NCBI RefSeq assembly: GCF_006345805.1
Contig: NW_021834179.1
Coordinates: forward strand, 1-64,000
Origin: Octopus sinensis
Lineage: Eukaryota
Direction: 5' to 3'
Length of the DNA: 64,000 nucleotides
Positions 12,461 through 26,001 of this stretch are shown here, piece by piece (the stretch's first letter is position 1; each line of letters starts with the position of its first letter). The translations under genes and the position numbers were made by a program. A model generated the notes under the pieces. The model saw only the letters and a program-made list of their open reading frames with translations, searched no databases and was not told the origin of the DNA.

Positions 12461-12678
12461 AGGTGACAAGAGTAGTTTTGGCATTTATACATTTAGGCAG
12501 GTTTAAAGGGGTGGTGGTGGGGGACTTTTTTGGGGTAGACATGGCGCAAACTATCATTCTTAGGGAGTGGTCAAAGGAATCAGTGGTAAAGTAGATAAAA
12601 GAATAAATAAAGGAATAAAGGAATAAATAGAAAAATAGAGTTTTAGGTAAGTAAGGAGACTCTCACTTATACATATAC

Positions 12679-12720
<42 letters not shown>

Positions 12721-13546
12721 GTACATATACACATACACACACACACATACACATATGTATACATATACATACATACATATACACACATATACATACATAC
12801 ACATATACATATATACATACACATACGTACACATACACACATACACCCATATACACATGTACATATGTACCCATATACATGTATCTACGTACACGCCCAT
12901 ACCCATACTCATACATACACTTATATATGTCTACACACATATATATATTAAAGGGATATACACCCCATACACACACGCTCCCATATCCATATATATATAT
13001 ATATATATACATATATATTTACACACACCCATATACACATATAAATACATACATACACATACATACGTATACATATATATATATATAATATATATATATA
13101 TTATACATATATATATATATATACACACATATTATACACACACACACATACATACACATTAAATGCATATACATGCACACACATACACACACATTTCTTC
13201 CCTTATTTTATTTTTATTTTTTTTTGTTTTTATTTTTATTTTTATCTTGACCTCGGCCAGCCAGTCCGGCACTGAAGTGATGTCGTCCCAAGGGAACTAG
13301 TCTAAAGAATCCATTTTGCATTGCCCTCTCCCTTCCTTTCTATCTTTCTACTCACTGATACGAACACAAACACTCACACACGCACACACACTCACACGTA
13401 CACTCATACACATACACACACACATGTGTTATATTCATACATACATACATCTATACACCCACAAAAGATAGTCCATACATATACACAAATAATATATACA
13501 CAATAAATATATATACATATACATATACACATACATACGCATACAT

Positions 13547-13592
<46 letters not shown>

Positions 13593-14307
13593 ATATATAT
13601 ATATATACATATATAATATATATATAACATATATATATATATAATACACATACACAACACGTACGCGCATACCTACATATACATACACACATATATACAT
13701 ACACACATATATACATACACCAGTCATATACATGCCTATATACCCATACATCCATATATCTATACATATACATACACGTATATATACACAAGCACATACT
13801 AATACACACGCACACACATCTATCTACATATATAAAAAAGACCCAACAAGTCCATACATGTACCATACATACATGCATATACACATATATACCCATACAC
13901 ATATACACATACATACACATACACATATGTATACACACATGTATATATTACATATATACACATGCATATACAGACACACATGCATACACATACACACACC
14001 GCCGCATCTATATATACACATAAGTACATACATGCATAAATGTATACATATGTTTATACATATTCATACACATACACACACACCACGCCATCCTTATATA
14101 CATAAATACATACATGCATACAACATATACATATACATACATGCATACTCAAATAATAAATATTAAATATATATACATGCAGTTACCCATTATACAGACA
14201 TACATACATATAAACATACACATATACCTATTTACACATATGTATATATACATACATACATACACATACCATAACTCTACTACCTACATATACATAAACA
14301 CAATCGT

Positions 14308-14354
<47 letters not shown>

Positions 14355-14740
14355 CATACATATACACATATACATACACATACACATGCATATACACGCA
14401 CGTAAATACACGCACTCACATACATACGTATATTCCTACTAACACCCATACATTTCTATACATATATACAATACATATATACAAGTGTACACATACAATA
14501 TGTGAATAGTCTTAGGAGAAAAGGTAATTGGGGGTGCTGGGGAACGGTGGGGTGGGGGTTGTGAGGGGGTGTCGTCAATCGAGTTGCCGGGTGGGTCTGT
14601 AGTTTTGTAGTTTGCATAAATTTTATGCATGCAATTTGGGGAGTGGTAGTAGTCACTTATTTCAGCCGAGTCGCTAGCACCCATTCTTGTCAGCATTTTT
14701 TCTGGTGATGGTTAAAGGCACTGGGGTGTGCAGGATATGT

Positions 14741-15921
14741 TTCGACGTCAGATGGGTGCTAGCGACTCGGCTGAAATAAGTGATCTTGTGGGCCTTTCAT
14801 CCTCCATAGGCTGAAGACCCTATTCACAGGCCTCTCGGTGGTCTTTACCGCGATGATGGCCTTTTTTGCCCTCCACAAAATAACCCCAGGACCACGGATG
14901 GGTTCCGGAAATCTTTACACTTTTTTTAAAAACTTGGACTTGGGATTACCTTAGAATCCAACTTAACCAAAGCTAACTTCCTTGACGTTACCCTCGACTT
15001 AAAAACCTCACTTTATTACCCGTACCACAAACCAAATGAATCCCTTAGATATATAGACATTAATTCCAACCACCCCAAAAATATATTAGACAACCAAGTA
15101 AAAAGTGTCTCAATTAGAATATCTAGCCTGTCCGCTACAAACATATTACAACGAGGCCTGGCCCGCAGTGGCTTTGAAGATAGATCACCTATACTAGCAT
15201 AGCCCCACGCCAACCCAGGAAAAATAGGCGAAGAACATTATTGGTGTACAACCCCTCCCCCCATCTTCAACCGTGAGGTCGCTACACCTGTAGCTAAAAT
15301 CTTCTCACACTCCTACAGAAACACTTCCCCACCCAACATAAGTACTATACACTCCTAAATAAGAACACCATTATACTCTCCTACTCTACCACGCCCAATC
15401 TAGCCAGAACCTAGCCAACAATAACGTGAAAAAACTTAGAAATCTACTTTTTCCGAGGCCCATCCAACATCCGATAGCAATTGCAATGCCCTGATAAAAC
15501 CACTTGCCCCTCAACACAACTGCCTACAGAAGGACCTCGTCTACACATGCGAGGTACGATCAGGCCCGATGATAAAAGGAAATCGTACATCGGAATGACG
15601 TCAAACAGCTTTAAGACTCGTTGGTACGCCCACACACATTCGTTCCGGCGACCTGACAAATCCAACCAAACTACCCTCGCCGCCCACATCTGGTACCTTA
15701 AAAGGAACTCCATCCCCTTCATGATCAAGTGGAGACTACTACAGAGGGCGCGTTCGTACACAGGAGGCCATACCTGCTGTGACCTTTGCATTTCTGAGGG
15801 CCTGGAGATCTTGTTCGACAAAGGCCCTCTCCTCAACAAGATCTCGGAACACTCCCCAAATTGCATGCATAAAATTTATGCAAACTACAAAAACTACAGA
15901 CCCACCAGGCAACTCGATTGA
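14741..15921 (+). pseudogene. Frameshifted Penelope RT (C-terminal half) + Cys-rich linker + GIY-YIG endonuclease
   Basis: Linker CxC..CP....C; LVYTCEV..SYIGMTSNSFKTRWYAH..TLAAHIWYLK..IKWRLLQRARSY..CDLCISE..LLNKISE..CMH (ORF 15481-15921). Confidence 0.88.
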
Positions 15922-16852
15922 CGACACCCCCTCACAACCCCCCACCCCCACCGTTCCCACACCCCCAATTACCTTTTCTCCTAAGACTATTCACATATTG
16001 TATGTGTACACTTGTATATATGTTGTATATATGTATAGAAATGTATGGGTGTTAGTAGGAATATACGTATGTATGTGAGTGCGTGTATTTACGTGCGTGT
16101 ATATGCATGTGTATGTGTATGTATATGTGTATATGTATGTTTGTAATATATATATATTATATATATATATATATTTGGTGTGTGTGTGTGTGTGTACGAT
16201 TGTTGTTTATGTATATGTAGGTATGTAGATTATGTGTATGTGTATGTATGTATGTATAATACATATGTGTAAATAGGTATATATGTGTATGTTTATATGT
16301 ATGTATCCGTCTGTATAATGGGTAACTGCATGTATATATATTATTTATTATTTGAGTATGCATGTATGTATATATGTATATGTTGTATGCATGTATGTAT
16401 TTATGTATATAAGGATGTGCGTGTGTGTGTGTATGTGTATGAATATGTATAAACATATGTATACATTTATGCATGTATGTACTTATGTGTATATATAGAT
16501 GCGCGTGTGTGTGTATGTGTATGCATGTGTGTCTGTATATGCATGTGTATATATGTATATATATTTATGTGTGTATATTATGTGTATGTGTATGTATGTA
16601 TATGTGTATGGGTATATATGTGTTATGCATGTATGTATGTGTACATGTATGGACTTGTTGGGTTTCTTTTTTATATTGTAGATAGATGTGTGTTCGTGTG
16701 TATTAGTATGTGCTTGTGTTATATACGTGTATGTATATGTATAGATATATGGATGTATGGGTATATAGGCATGTATATGACTGGTGTATGTATATATGTG
16801 TGTATGTATTATGTGTGTATGTATATGTAGGTATGCGCGTACGTGTTTTGTG

Positions 16853-16896
<44 letters not shown>

Positions 16897-17583
16897 TATA
16901 TGTATATGTATATATATATATATTGTGTGTGTGTATGTATGCGTATGTATGTGTATATGTATATGTATATATATTTATTTGTGTATATATTTATTTGTGT
17001 ATATGTATGGACTAGTCTTTTGTGGGTGTATAGATGTATGTATGTATGAATATAACACATGTGTGTGTGTATGCTTGTGCATGTGTGTGTATGGGGTGTA
17101 TATCCCCTTTAATATATATATATGTGTGTAGACATATATAAGTGTATGTATGAGTATGGGTATGGGCGTGTACGTAGATACATGTATATGGGTACATATG
17201 TACATGTGTATATGGGTGTATGTGTGTATGTGTACGTATGTGTATGTGTATATATGTATATGTGTATGTATGTATATGTGTGTATACGTATGTATATATA
17301 TGTATACATATGTGTATGTGTATATGTACATACACACACACATATATATATGTATATATATGTATATGTATATGTATAAGTGAGAGTCTCCTTATTTACC
17401 TAAAACTCTATTTTTCTATTTATTCTTTTATTCCTTTATTTATTCTTTTATCTACTTTACCACCGATTCCTTTGACCACTCCCCTAAGAATGATAGTTTG
17501 CGCCATGCCTACCCCCAAAAAAGTCCCCCACCCCTTTAAACCTGCCTAAATGTATAAATGCCAAAACTACTCTTGTCACCTAT

Positions 17584-17630
17584 CTTCCTGATGATTTCTT
17601 TTGAATGAAACAGTTCTAGTCCTGTAGAAG
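17584..17630 (+). ncRNA. Type I hammerhead at the 3' end of the Penelope pLTR, GUA site after 17626; duplicate at 62901-62947
   Basis: cttc CTGATGA t-ttc-tttt-gaa-t GAAA cag-ttctagtc-ctg TA gaag. Confidence 0.85.
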
Positions 17631-17637
17631 CTCCTTC

Positions 17638-17699
<62 letters not shown>

Positions 17700-17704
<5 letters not shown>

Positions 17705-19848
17705 TTTCCCCAATGTGGAATGGCCTGGAAGGCAGATGCTCCCAGGGATGACACACCATCAGCAGGCACAATCGGAGTCCCTGCTCCATCTCATAAATGC
17801 CTCTTTAATGGAGCAAATTGTGCTTCAACCAACCAGGGCAAATAATATACTGGATCTCTGCCTCACAAACAATATAGACATTATCCATAATGTTTAAGTG
17901 ATGCCGACATTGGTCTCGGATCACAACATAATAGAGCTGTCTATGCATGGACCAAAAGCTCCCGCAGACGCACGGCCTATACGAAGCATCCACAATCTCC
18001 CCAAACTAAACTTTCATAAAGCAAATTAGAAGTTGATTGAGAAAGAGATCCTCAAACAGGATTAGCCTAAATGTCCTTCCACACCATGAAATACAAACGT
18101 TTCATGTCCATTATACAACCCATATACGACAAATATGTTCCAGTGTGCAGGTCCAGTACAAACAAAAACAGGATCCCTAGAGAAAGGAGGATTCTTATGA
18201 GACGACGGACAAGGATTGCGAACCGACTGAGCAAGCACACCAAAAGTGGTGAAAAGTCTCGCCTCGAGAGAATGTTAATGGAAATTGAGAAATGTCTGCA
18301 TCAGTCCCATGAAAAGGAGAGAGCAGATAAAGAAGCTTGGGTAATAGAAAATATCAAGTCAAACCCTAAAGCTTTCTTTAAGTTTGCCAAAGATACAGCC
18401 ACAGTGCGTCAGAGGATAGGACCGCTCTTCTAAAAAGATGGCTCCCTCACAGGAAATCCCACGTGGGTAAGTGAAATACTGAACGAACAGTTCCAAAGTG
18501 CGTTCCCGACACCTCTAGGACACAGGCAAGTAAACAACCAGAAGAGTTTTTGCCACTTTACCTGTAGCCAAAGAGGCAAAAATTGAGTACATCAACATTG
18601 AAGATGATGATATCACACTCGCCATAGATGAGATTGACACAAACTTAGCTGTTGGACCTGATGGATTTCCAGCGATCCTTCTCAAATCGTGCAAACGAGC
18701 CCTTGCAAAACCGCTACAGCTTCTTTTCAGATCTTTCTTGCAAGTGGTAAGCTCCCAGTCAAATTGAAAGAAGGGATAATATGCCCTATCCATAAGGGAG
18801 GAAGCAGAGTAATGCTAAAAATTATAGGCCTATCTCTCTGACCTCACACATCAGCAAAGTCATGGAACGAATAGTCAGCAAGAAACTAATCATGTTCCTA
18901 GAAGAAAATGACTTGCCGACTGACAACCAGCATGGATTTCGACCAGGTAGAAGCTGTCTAACACAACTCCTGCAACACTATGACTGGGTGTTAAAACAGC
19001 TACTAAATGTCTCAAGTGTGGATGTGATATATCTCGACTTTGCAAAAGCCTTTGATAAAGTCGACCATGGTATGTTCTGTCACAAACTGCGTGATTTGGG
19101 CATAGGCGGAAAACTTGGAGAGTGGCTGTACAACTTCCTAAAAGATAGAAGGTAGGCAGAACCACCTCCAAGAAAACACAATTAACAAGCGGTGTTCCAC
19201 AGGGCACTGTCTTGGGGCCACTGCTGTTCATAGTGGCCCTTTCAGACATGCCGCTAGTTGCTAAGATGGCCACTCTTGCTAGCTATGCAGATGACACAAA
19301 AGTCTCTCACACAAAGCAAAACACTGGAGATATTGCACATCTGCAACGGGAGTTGGATACAATATACAGGTGGGCTGAGGACAACAACATGCAGTTTAAT
19401 GCAGGGGAGTTCCAAGCCCTGTGCACAAAGGTGAACGACATGCAGACCGGATACACTGGCCCGGGAAGAATTGTAATTCCTGAGTCAAACTCAGTGCGTG
19501 ACCTGGGCATTGACATGAGCAATGATGCATCTTAAAAGTTCATATTACTAATTTGGTAATAAAATGCAGACGGTTAACCGGATGGATTCTCCGAACTTAC
19601 AGAACAAGAGTGAAGGAGTCACTGATGGTCCTTTGGAAGACATTTGTCCTCAGTCACTTGGACTACTGCTCCCAACTATGGTCACCACACAATATAAAGT
19701 TAACAGCAGAACTCGAAGCAATCCAACAAAGCTACACAAAGAAGATCGTCTCACTGCAACATATCAGCTACTGTGAAAGACTGAAAGTACTAAAACTCTT
19801 CTCCCTGGAGCGAAGGCGGGAGAGATATACAGTGATATACATCTGGTG
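17700..19848 (+). mobile_element. Degenerate CR1-clade LINE ORF2 (end of APE + RT)
   Basis: QPTRANNILDLCLTN, SDHNII, NPKAFFKF, GPDGFP, CPIHKGG..NYRPISLTSHISKVMERIV, NQHGFRPGRSCLTQL, YLDFAKAFDKVDH, SGVPQGTVLGPLLF, YADDTK, LDYCSQLWSP, YCERLKVLKLFSLERRR. Confidence 0.9.
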
Positions 19849-19849
19849 T

Positions 19850-20025
19850 GTTAGATAGTCAATTACATGGACCTCAGGACATAACTGGTACTAAATTTAT
19901 AGACCTCGAAATGATGGAAAGCGAAGTTGACCTCGGGGGAATTTGAACTCAGAACGTAAAGACGAGCGAAATACCACCAAGAATTTTGCCCGGCGTGCTA
20001 TCGATTCTGCCACCTCGCCGCCTTA
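19850..20025 (-). mobile_element. tRNA-derived Nin-like SINE
   Basis: Reverse complement: aggcggcgaggtggcagaatcgatagcacgccgggc..gagttcaaattccc. Confidence 0.75.
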
Positions 20026-20037
20026 ATAATATTAATG

Positions 20038-20115
<78 letters not shown>

Positions 20116-20159
20116 ATAATAAAAATAATAATAATAATATAATAATGATGATGATGAGG

Positions 20160-20207
<48 letters not shown>

Positions 20208-20226
20208 TAATAATAATAATAATAAT

Positions 20227-22240
20227 CACATAGCTGGATTAAGAAATGCCTAGAAATGTATAAGATAGCACCTGCTCTGCGAAAGTTTTTGTCTGTAAGT
20301 ATGAGATCATGGAGAACCACACTAACTTTGAACAGTGACAATGAATCTCTAAATGCTGGTGATGTAAAAATTTCATGTGGCATTTTTCAGCGTGACTCAC
20401 TGTCACCACTCCTCTTTTGTTTATCTTTAATACCTCTCTCAAAGCTGCTCAATGATGCGCAGTACGGGTATAAAATGTTTGGTAAAACTATAAATCATCT
20501 CATTTATATGGATGATTTAAAGCTCTTTGCAAAAAACGACCAACAACTCAAGGGCTTACTAGCGATTGTCAAACAATTCAGTGATGACATCAGAATGCAA
20601 TTTGGCCTCGATAAATGTGCAAAAGCTACCTTTATAAAAAGGAAAAATGACAGAAGCATCTAACGTTAACCTTGACCAGCAGAATGTCATAAAAGAACTA
20701 GACCCAGCGGAGAACTACAAGTATCTAGGGGTAATCGAAGGAGACGGAATAAGGCATTCAGAGATGAAGGAAAGGATCAGGAGAGAATGCTATCGCAGAG
20801 TAAGAGCAATACTCAAGTCAGAGCTGAATGCGAGAAACAGGATCGAAGCGATCAATGCATTAGCGATACGAGTCGTGACTTACAGTTTCAATATCATTAA
20901 CTGGTCAATTACTGAAATATGTAATCTTGACAGAACAATACGAAAACTGTTGACAATGCATAGAATGCACAACCCTAAGGCAGATACAGAACGACTTTAT
21001 CTACCAAGAAAAGAGGGAGGCCCTGGTCTTTTGCAACTGGCAACAACAATGAAGGTTGCTACAATTGGCCTAGACACCTACCTGAAAAACTCTGAGGACT
21101 GGATGTTAAAATTTGTCTCAAAACATGAAAACAAGAAAGCATCATACTCAGTAACAAAACAGGCAAAGGAATATCTAAGTGAATTCCGAATACAACAAAT
21201 TTCGGAATTAGAGATAGACATACAAGAAACAAGCACAGAAAAAGCTAAGCGCATGAAAACCCGAGCTGAATCTGCGGCCTTAGATATTCTGAATAATAAA
21301 TGGCAAGAAAAAACTCTCTATGGCAAATACCCAAAGAGAGCGAATAATGCAGATGTTGACAAAGCCCTGACCCATCAATGGCTAAAGGCCTCTGGCTTAA
21401 ATCTGAAACAGAGGGGTTTATCATAGCAGCACAAGATCAATGCCTACCAACAAGAAACTACCAGGCCAACATATTAAAGATCAGCCGCAGTCCAACGTGT
21501 CGTGTATGCCGACAACAAATGAAACCATTGATCATGTGGTCTCCAAGTGCAGTCTTCTAGCGCCTACAGAGTATCTGAACAGGCACGATAGAACTGCACA
21601 ATATATTCACTGGGAATCTGCAAAACCTGGATTTGCCCCATGAAAAAACTGGTGGGAACACAACCACCCCCAGTGCTTGAAAATGACCATATCTCACTCC
21701 TCTGGAACTTCACCATTCAAACTGACAGAAATAGATGCGAATAGGCCAGACATCATATTGAAATACTTCAAACAAAGAACATGCCTCCTCATTGATATGA
21801 CTGTCCCAATCGATATAAACGTATCTGTCAAGACCTACCAAAAACTGAGCAAATATAAAGATCTTCAAATAGAAATCAGCAAAATGTGGAAGCTGAAGAC
21901 TAAAACAATACCTGTTGTCATAGGTGCCCTGGGAATGATAGCAAAGGGGCTGATAGCTACCTAACTCAGATACCAGGAAACCCAAAGTGGCAGAAATTCA
22001 AAGATAGTGCTCATGGGAACTGCTCATATCCTACGCAAAATACTTTCTATGTAATCTCAAGGTTTAAAACACACATTTTTTTCTTTTTTTTAGACATCCA
22101 CCCAGTACAACACAAAAACAACCAACTATATGGCACACTAGGCATAACAACAACGTGAACTTCCAACCTGTTGTCTCTTGAGGTCTCTGGGTGAGACTTG
22201 GAGCCAACTTGTACAAATATAAAGCAAAAGTCAAACAGAA
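20227..22240 (+). mobile_element. 5'-truncated Dong/R4-clade element, second family, between two (TAA)n tracts
   Basis: GIFQRDSLSPLLF, HLIYMDDLKLF, FGLDKCA, YKYLGV, RLYLPRKEGG.GL, ETEGFIIAAQDQ, CRVC..ETIDHVVSKC, NRPDII..IDMTVP..KLSKYKDL. (TAA)n at 20025-20226 and 22240-22340. Confidence 0.92.
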
Positions 22241-22264
22241 TAATAATAATAATAATAATAATAC

Positions 22265-22329
<65 letters not shown>

Positions 22330-22344
22330 GTAATAATAATACTC

Positions 22345-22790
22345 TTCTCTACTGGAGGCACAAGGCTTCAGATTTGTAGGGAAGGGACCAGTCGATTACT
22401 TCGACCCCAGTGTTTCACTGGTACTTAATTTTGTCGTCCCCGAAAGGATGAAAGGCAAAGTCGACCGCGTCGGAGTTTCAACGCAGAACGTAGCGGCAGA
22501 CGACATAAGGCTAAGCATTTCGTCCGGCATACCAATAACAACAACAACAACAATGATAATAACAATAAGAAGATCAAATATATATTGCGCGTGTTTCATT
22601 GGCAACAGACGACCATCTCCAAATAGAAGAATTTCTGTTTTAACACCCAATTTCAAAAATGCATGAACGTAATAATATTAAATATTAAGTAGAAATATTC
22701 CGCCGAGGTTGTCTTTGCCTTTTATCCTTTCGGGGTTGATGAAATCAATATCAGTTAAGTACTGGGGTCGATGTAATAAACTTACTCCCT
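22345..22790. mobile_element. SINE fragments (minus 22345-22530, plus 22700-22790); the block is paralogous to 32553-33150
   Basis: Nin-like domain on both strands with a shared spacer (caaatatatattgcgcgtgtttcattggcaacagacgacc...). Confidence 0.7.
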
Positions 22791-22791
22791 A

Positions 22792-22850
<59 letters not shown>

Positions 22851-23125
22851 ATATCTATCTATCTATCTATCGATCTATCTATATGTCTCTCTCTCTATAT
22901 ATATATATAATATATATATAGATATATATATAGATATATATATATATATATGTATGTGTGTATGTGTGTGTGTATGTGTGTGTATGTTGAACCCCATACA
23001 CATGTGCATGTACTCACACACACACACAAATGTAGTTAGACGCCCACACACACACACACATATATACTTATATGTATATATATTTATATATATATATATA
23101 CATAAACCTACATAAATATATGCAT
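22791..23125. repeat. (ATCT)n, (TA)n, (TG)n, (CA)n compound microsatellite
   Basis: Read directly from the sequence. Confidence 0.9.
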
Positions 23126-23169
23126 TCACACAATCTAAAGTGTTTTGTGTATATGGAATAATAATAAAT

Positions 23170-24392
23170 TGGTATGCGGATGCTCACGTGAACAACTTAG
23201 GGAATTAGTACAGTCTTTACGCTCTAGTACCTGCATCTGCTGTGTGAGTCCTGCGGCAAGTTACGCAGGATGAACTGGACGCCCCTAAACATTCGAGGGT
23301 ATGTTGTACTTGAGATAACCCATGTACATGAAAGTTACAATATGCTAAACACACATGGAAAGTAAAGCACTTAGAATATCACTTTCATTCTTCTGCTAGT
23401 AGCAGAATAATTCAGTCCTAGATGTCATTTAATAAATTGATGCTTCATCTTGATAGTAAGGTCGGACTTATATTTCGGAAAGATCTACGAAAATTAACAT
23501 CCATATCATGTGATGTATTAACAATAATGATTGTAGGTGTAGGTTTCAGGACTAATGAATGTCCATTACTTGAACATTTGCGCTATCAGCCCTATCGTAA
23601 GCATTTGAGACAATGATATTCCATTGTCTCACACCCTATCGTCTTAACCACGGAAAGAACACAACACACATTGCAATATATGTAAATCGACGGGATGATC
23701 ACGATCGAAACGCCTCTGATCATAGTCTTGTCATCAGTGAACAACAAGAATACTTTACAACCAACTGAAATATATTCTGGGTGACAAGGAAAATTCGTCG
23801 GGTTTGCATTTTAGTAACAAGAGAGATGAGGTCGTGTCTTTGAGCAGATATCGCCATCCCAATAATCGATAAAAACAATGGCGTTTGTTTTAGAAAAGTG
23901 TCAAGTAGATAAGAATATTCTCTGGGTGTTGTCAGGACACATGAAAAATAAAGTTTTGGTAATATAATAGAAGCCGAGGACACATGAAATCGTGATTAAG
24001 TATGCTACTCACGATAACAAGGTCGTGATCTCAGATACAGGACCGAGAGGTGTATTTTGCGCAAGACACTTCATCCCATGTTGCACAGCGACCATTTCAA
24101 CACTTGACGTGTAGGAATGGTGACTAGCTGGAAAATGGATTTATTTTCCGGATATTAAAGAATTGCAGCCAATCACATACATCAAGGGAAAATACTACCA
24201 CTCTCGTTTAAAAAAAAATTAGATAATTTTTCAACAGGGTATTTCATTCAGTATTCTTATCGAATAGCAGCTGGAACGTGAGACAAAAAACATATATGAG
24301 GCAATAGAATATTCAGATAAGTGGATAAATGATTTAATTTCTGTCAAAAATTCAAACTGAAGTCATATATTGATCCGGCGTTATAGAGGTAA
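23170..24392 (+). pseudogene. Decayed multi-C-type-lectin-domain (mannose-receptor-like) coding segments, copy A, interrupted by a SINE remnant at about 23990-24085
   Basis: Frameshifted CTLD-like motifs in the expected order: MNWTP..MLNTHGK*ST; KVGLIFRK; ECP..YQPYRKH; SEQQEYFTT..GLHF; VGMV..GKWIYFP..TYI; YFIQYSY..YEAIEY.DKW.NDLISVKNSN. Several cysteines are eroded. Confidence 0.5.
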
Positions 24393-24679
24393 ATAAATTT
24401 TTAACTTTTCTTTTAAGATTTTACATTTATTATACACTCACATATATGATTTATTTTTCCCCTCTCTCTCTCTATCTTTCTATAAAATGAGACTTAATAG
24501 AATAACGTAATTCCTGACGTCCATTTTTCGGTGAGCATTTGGTTCCAAGCAACCATAACACACCCCTTAACATAGTGGATCGGCAAAAGTGACCAATAAA
24601 ATAACACATACAAACATATAGACACACACTCACACACACACATATATATATATAATATATATATATATATAACATATAT

Positions 24680-24830
24680 ACGACGGGTTTCTTTCAGTTT
24701 CTGTCTACCGATCCACTCACAGGTCTTGGTAGACCCGAGGCCATAGTAGAAGACACTTGCCTAAAGTGCCACGCTGTGCGACTGAACTGGAACCATGCGA
24801 TTGGTAAACAAGCTACTTACCACACAGACT
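24680..24830 (-). mobile_element. tRNA-derived SINE, second family
   Basis: Reverse complement: gtgtggtaagtagcttg..ggttccagttcagtcgcacagcgtggcactttaggcaagtgtcttctactatggcctcggg. Confidence 0.75.
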
Positions 24831-25699
24831 GTCCTAAACCTATGTATATATATATATATTATATATATATATATAAATATATATATACAAACGTACATAA
24901 TTGCACACATTCACATACACAAACACACACAGGTACGCTTACACACACACACACACACACACATACACGCACATATATTTGTTACTGTTTGTGTATGTAT
25001 ATATATCCTGATGCATTTTTATATAATCATACATGATTACATATGACCCCGCGTAGCAATTCTTTGTCCTGAAATTCTAGATTGCCGCTCATATAATGTT
25101 GTCTCTGGCTTAGGTAGAATGCCAGTGGTTGTGTTTTGTGGGGGAGGTGGACAGTCGACTAATTGGACTTCAGCACCTCTGAGAAATGAAAGGCAAAGTG
25201 GACTTCGGTGGGAAAGGAACTCAGAACGCGAATAGCCGACAGAAACGCTGCAAAGCAATTTGTAAATTTGTGTACAGACATGTGTACAGGCATTGCCGAC
25301 TATTTTGCTTGAATCTTCTTGTTTAATATATTATTTTTTAATTTAATTCTATACTTTTTAACCGTACAACTTATTTTTTCATTCGAAAGTCCTGCGGGGA
25401 CGGGAAGGTGACGAAGCATTCAGATCTGAGGAGTTGGAAGCATGTATTTAGTGGTCTACACACAAGTGTCCTATGGGTTTTTGGTTGCATGTGTGCTTAA
25501 GAAGTTTAATTCAGGGAAAACGCTGCTCACCTAGAGACCGGAGATAATGCTATATAACTAAATGGATGGGAAGATGACGACCGGATGTCCTCTAATCATA
25601 GGCTTACACATTCAGGAAACATTGGCTTGTGACGCAGATATGTTTATAATCAATAATAAATCTCTGAGCGAGATGTAATCAGTAAGGGCTCGACAACGT

Positions 25700-26001
25700 A
25701 AAGTATACTAGCCATCTTAATATGGCCAACCACTAGGGGTGGGGGTGTTACTGTAGCTTATTAGCCCCAGGAGATCATCGTCTCCAGCTCGCTTTAGGTC
25801 ATCCCCTCTCGAAAACCTAAGTGATACTCATGGACCGTGATTAGCGTGTGTTGACAAGAGACAATATTCTCGAAACTGCAGTCTATGCGTATCACTTAGG
25901 TTTTCGACAGGGGATGACCTCCCTTTGCGAATATCATAAAGGGCACTGGATTGTGTCTAAAGCCAGCTGGAGACGATGATCTCCTGGGGCTAAAAAGCTA
26001 C
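25700..26001. mobile_element. Fold-back hammerhead-bearing non-coding element (family of 4268-4901)
   Basis: Inverted arms 25753-25797/25957-26001 and 25796-25827/25889-25920. Segment 25920-26001 is homologous to 4721-4802. Confidence 0.78.
25845..25889 (+). ncRNA. Minimal hammerhead, U3-A8 core variant, GUC site after 25883
   Basis: cgtgtg TTGACAA gaga-caatat-tctc GAAA ctgcag TC tatgcg; palindromic stem III ACTGCAGT; stem I has G-U wobbles. Confidence 0.8.

Larger units (their letters stand above)
12328..17643 (+). mobile_element. Penelope-like element (Naiad-type), 5'-truncated ORF flanked by inverted pseudo-LTRs
   Basis: RT motifs FDV.MGASDSAEISDLVGL (about 14741-14800), GLYRDDGL (14840-14863), NFLDVTLDL..YPYHKPN..SNHP. 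GIY-YIG region follows. Arm 12400-14644 is the reverse complement of 15851-17643. Confidence 0.9.

Noticed and set aside
15470-15870. Possible selenocysteine (in-frame TGA) use, as reported for some Naiad elements
   Set aside because: The conserved Cys positions I could read use TGC/TGT, and I identified no SECIS.
12560-17383. Many YIYI/VCVC/HTHT ORFs here and across the window, plus poly-I/N/Y/K ORFs
   Set aside because: They are translations of (TA)n, (CA)n, (TAA)n and (GAA)n repeats.
23720-23983. Minus-strand ORF MSSASIILPK.. conserved with 41478-41735
   Set aside because: Conservation is explained by the duplication, and the recognisable CTLD-like motifs are on the plus strand.
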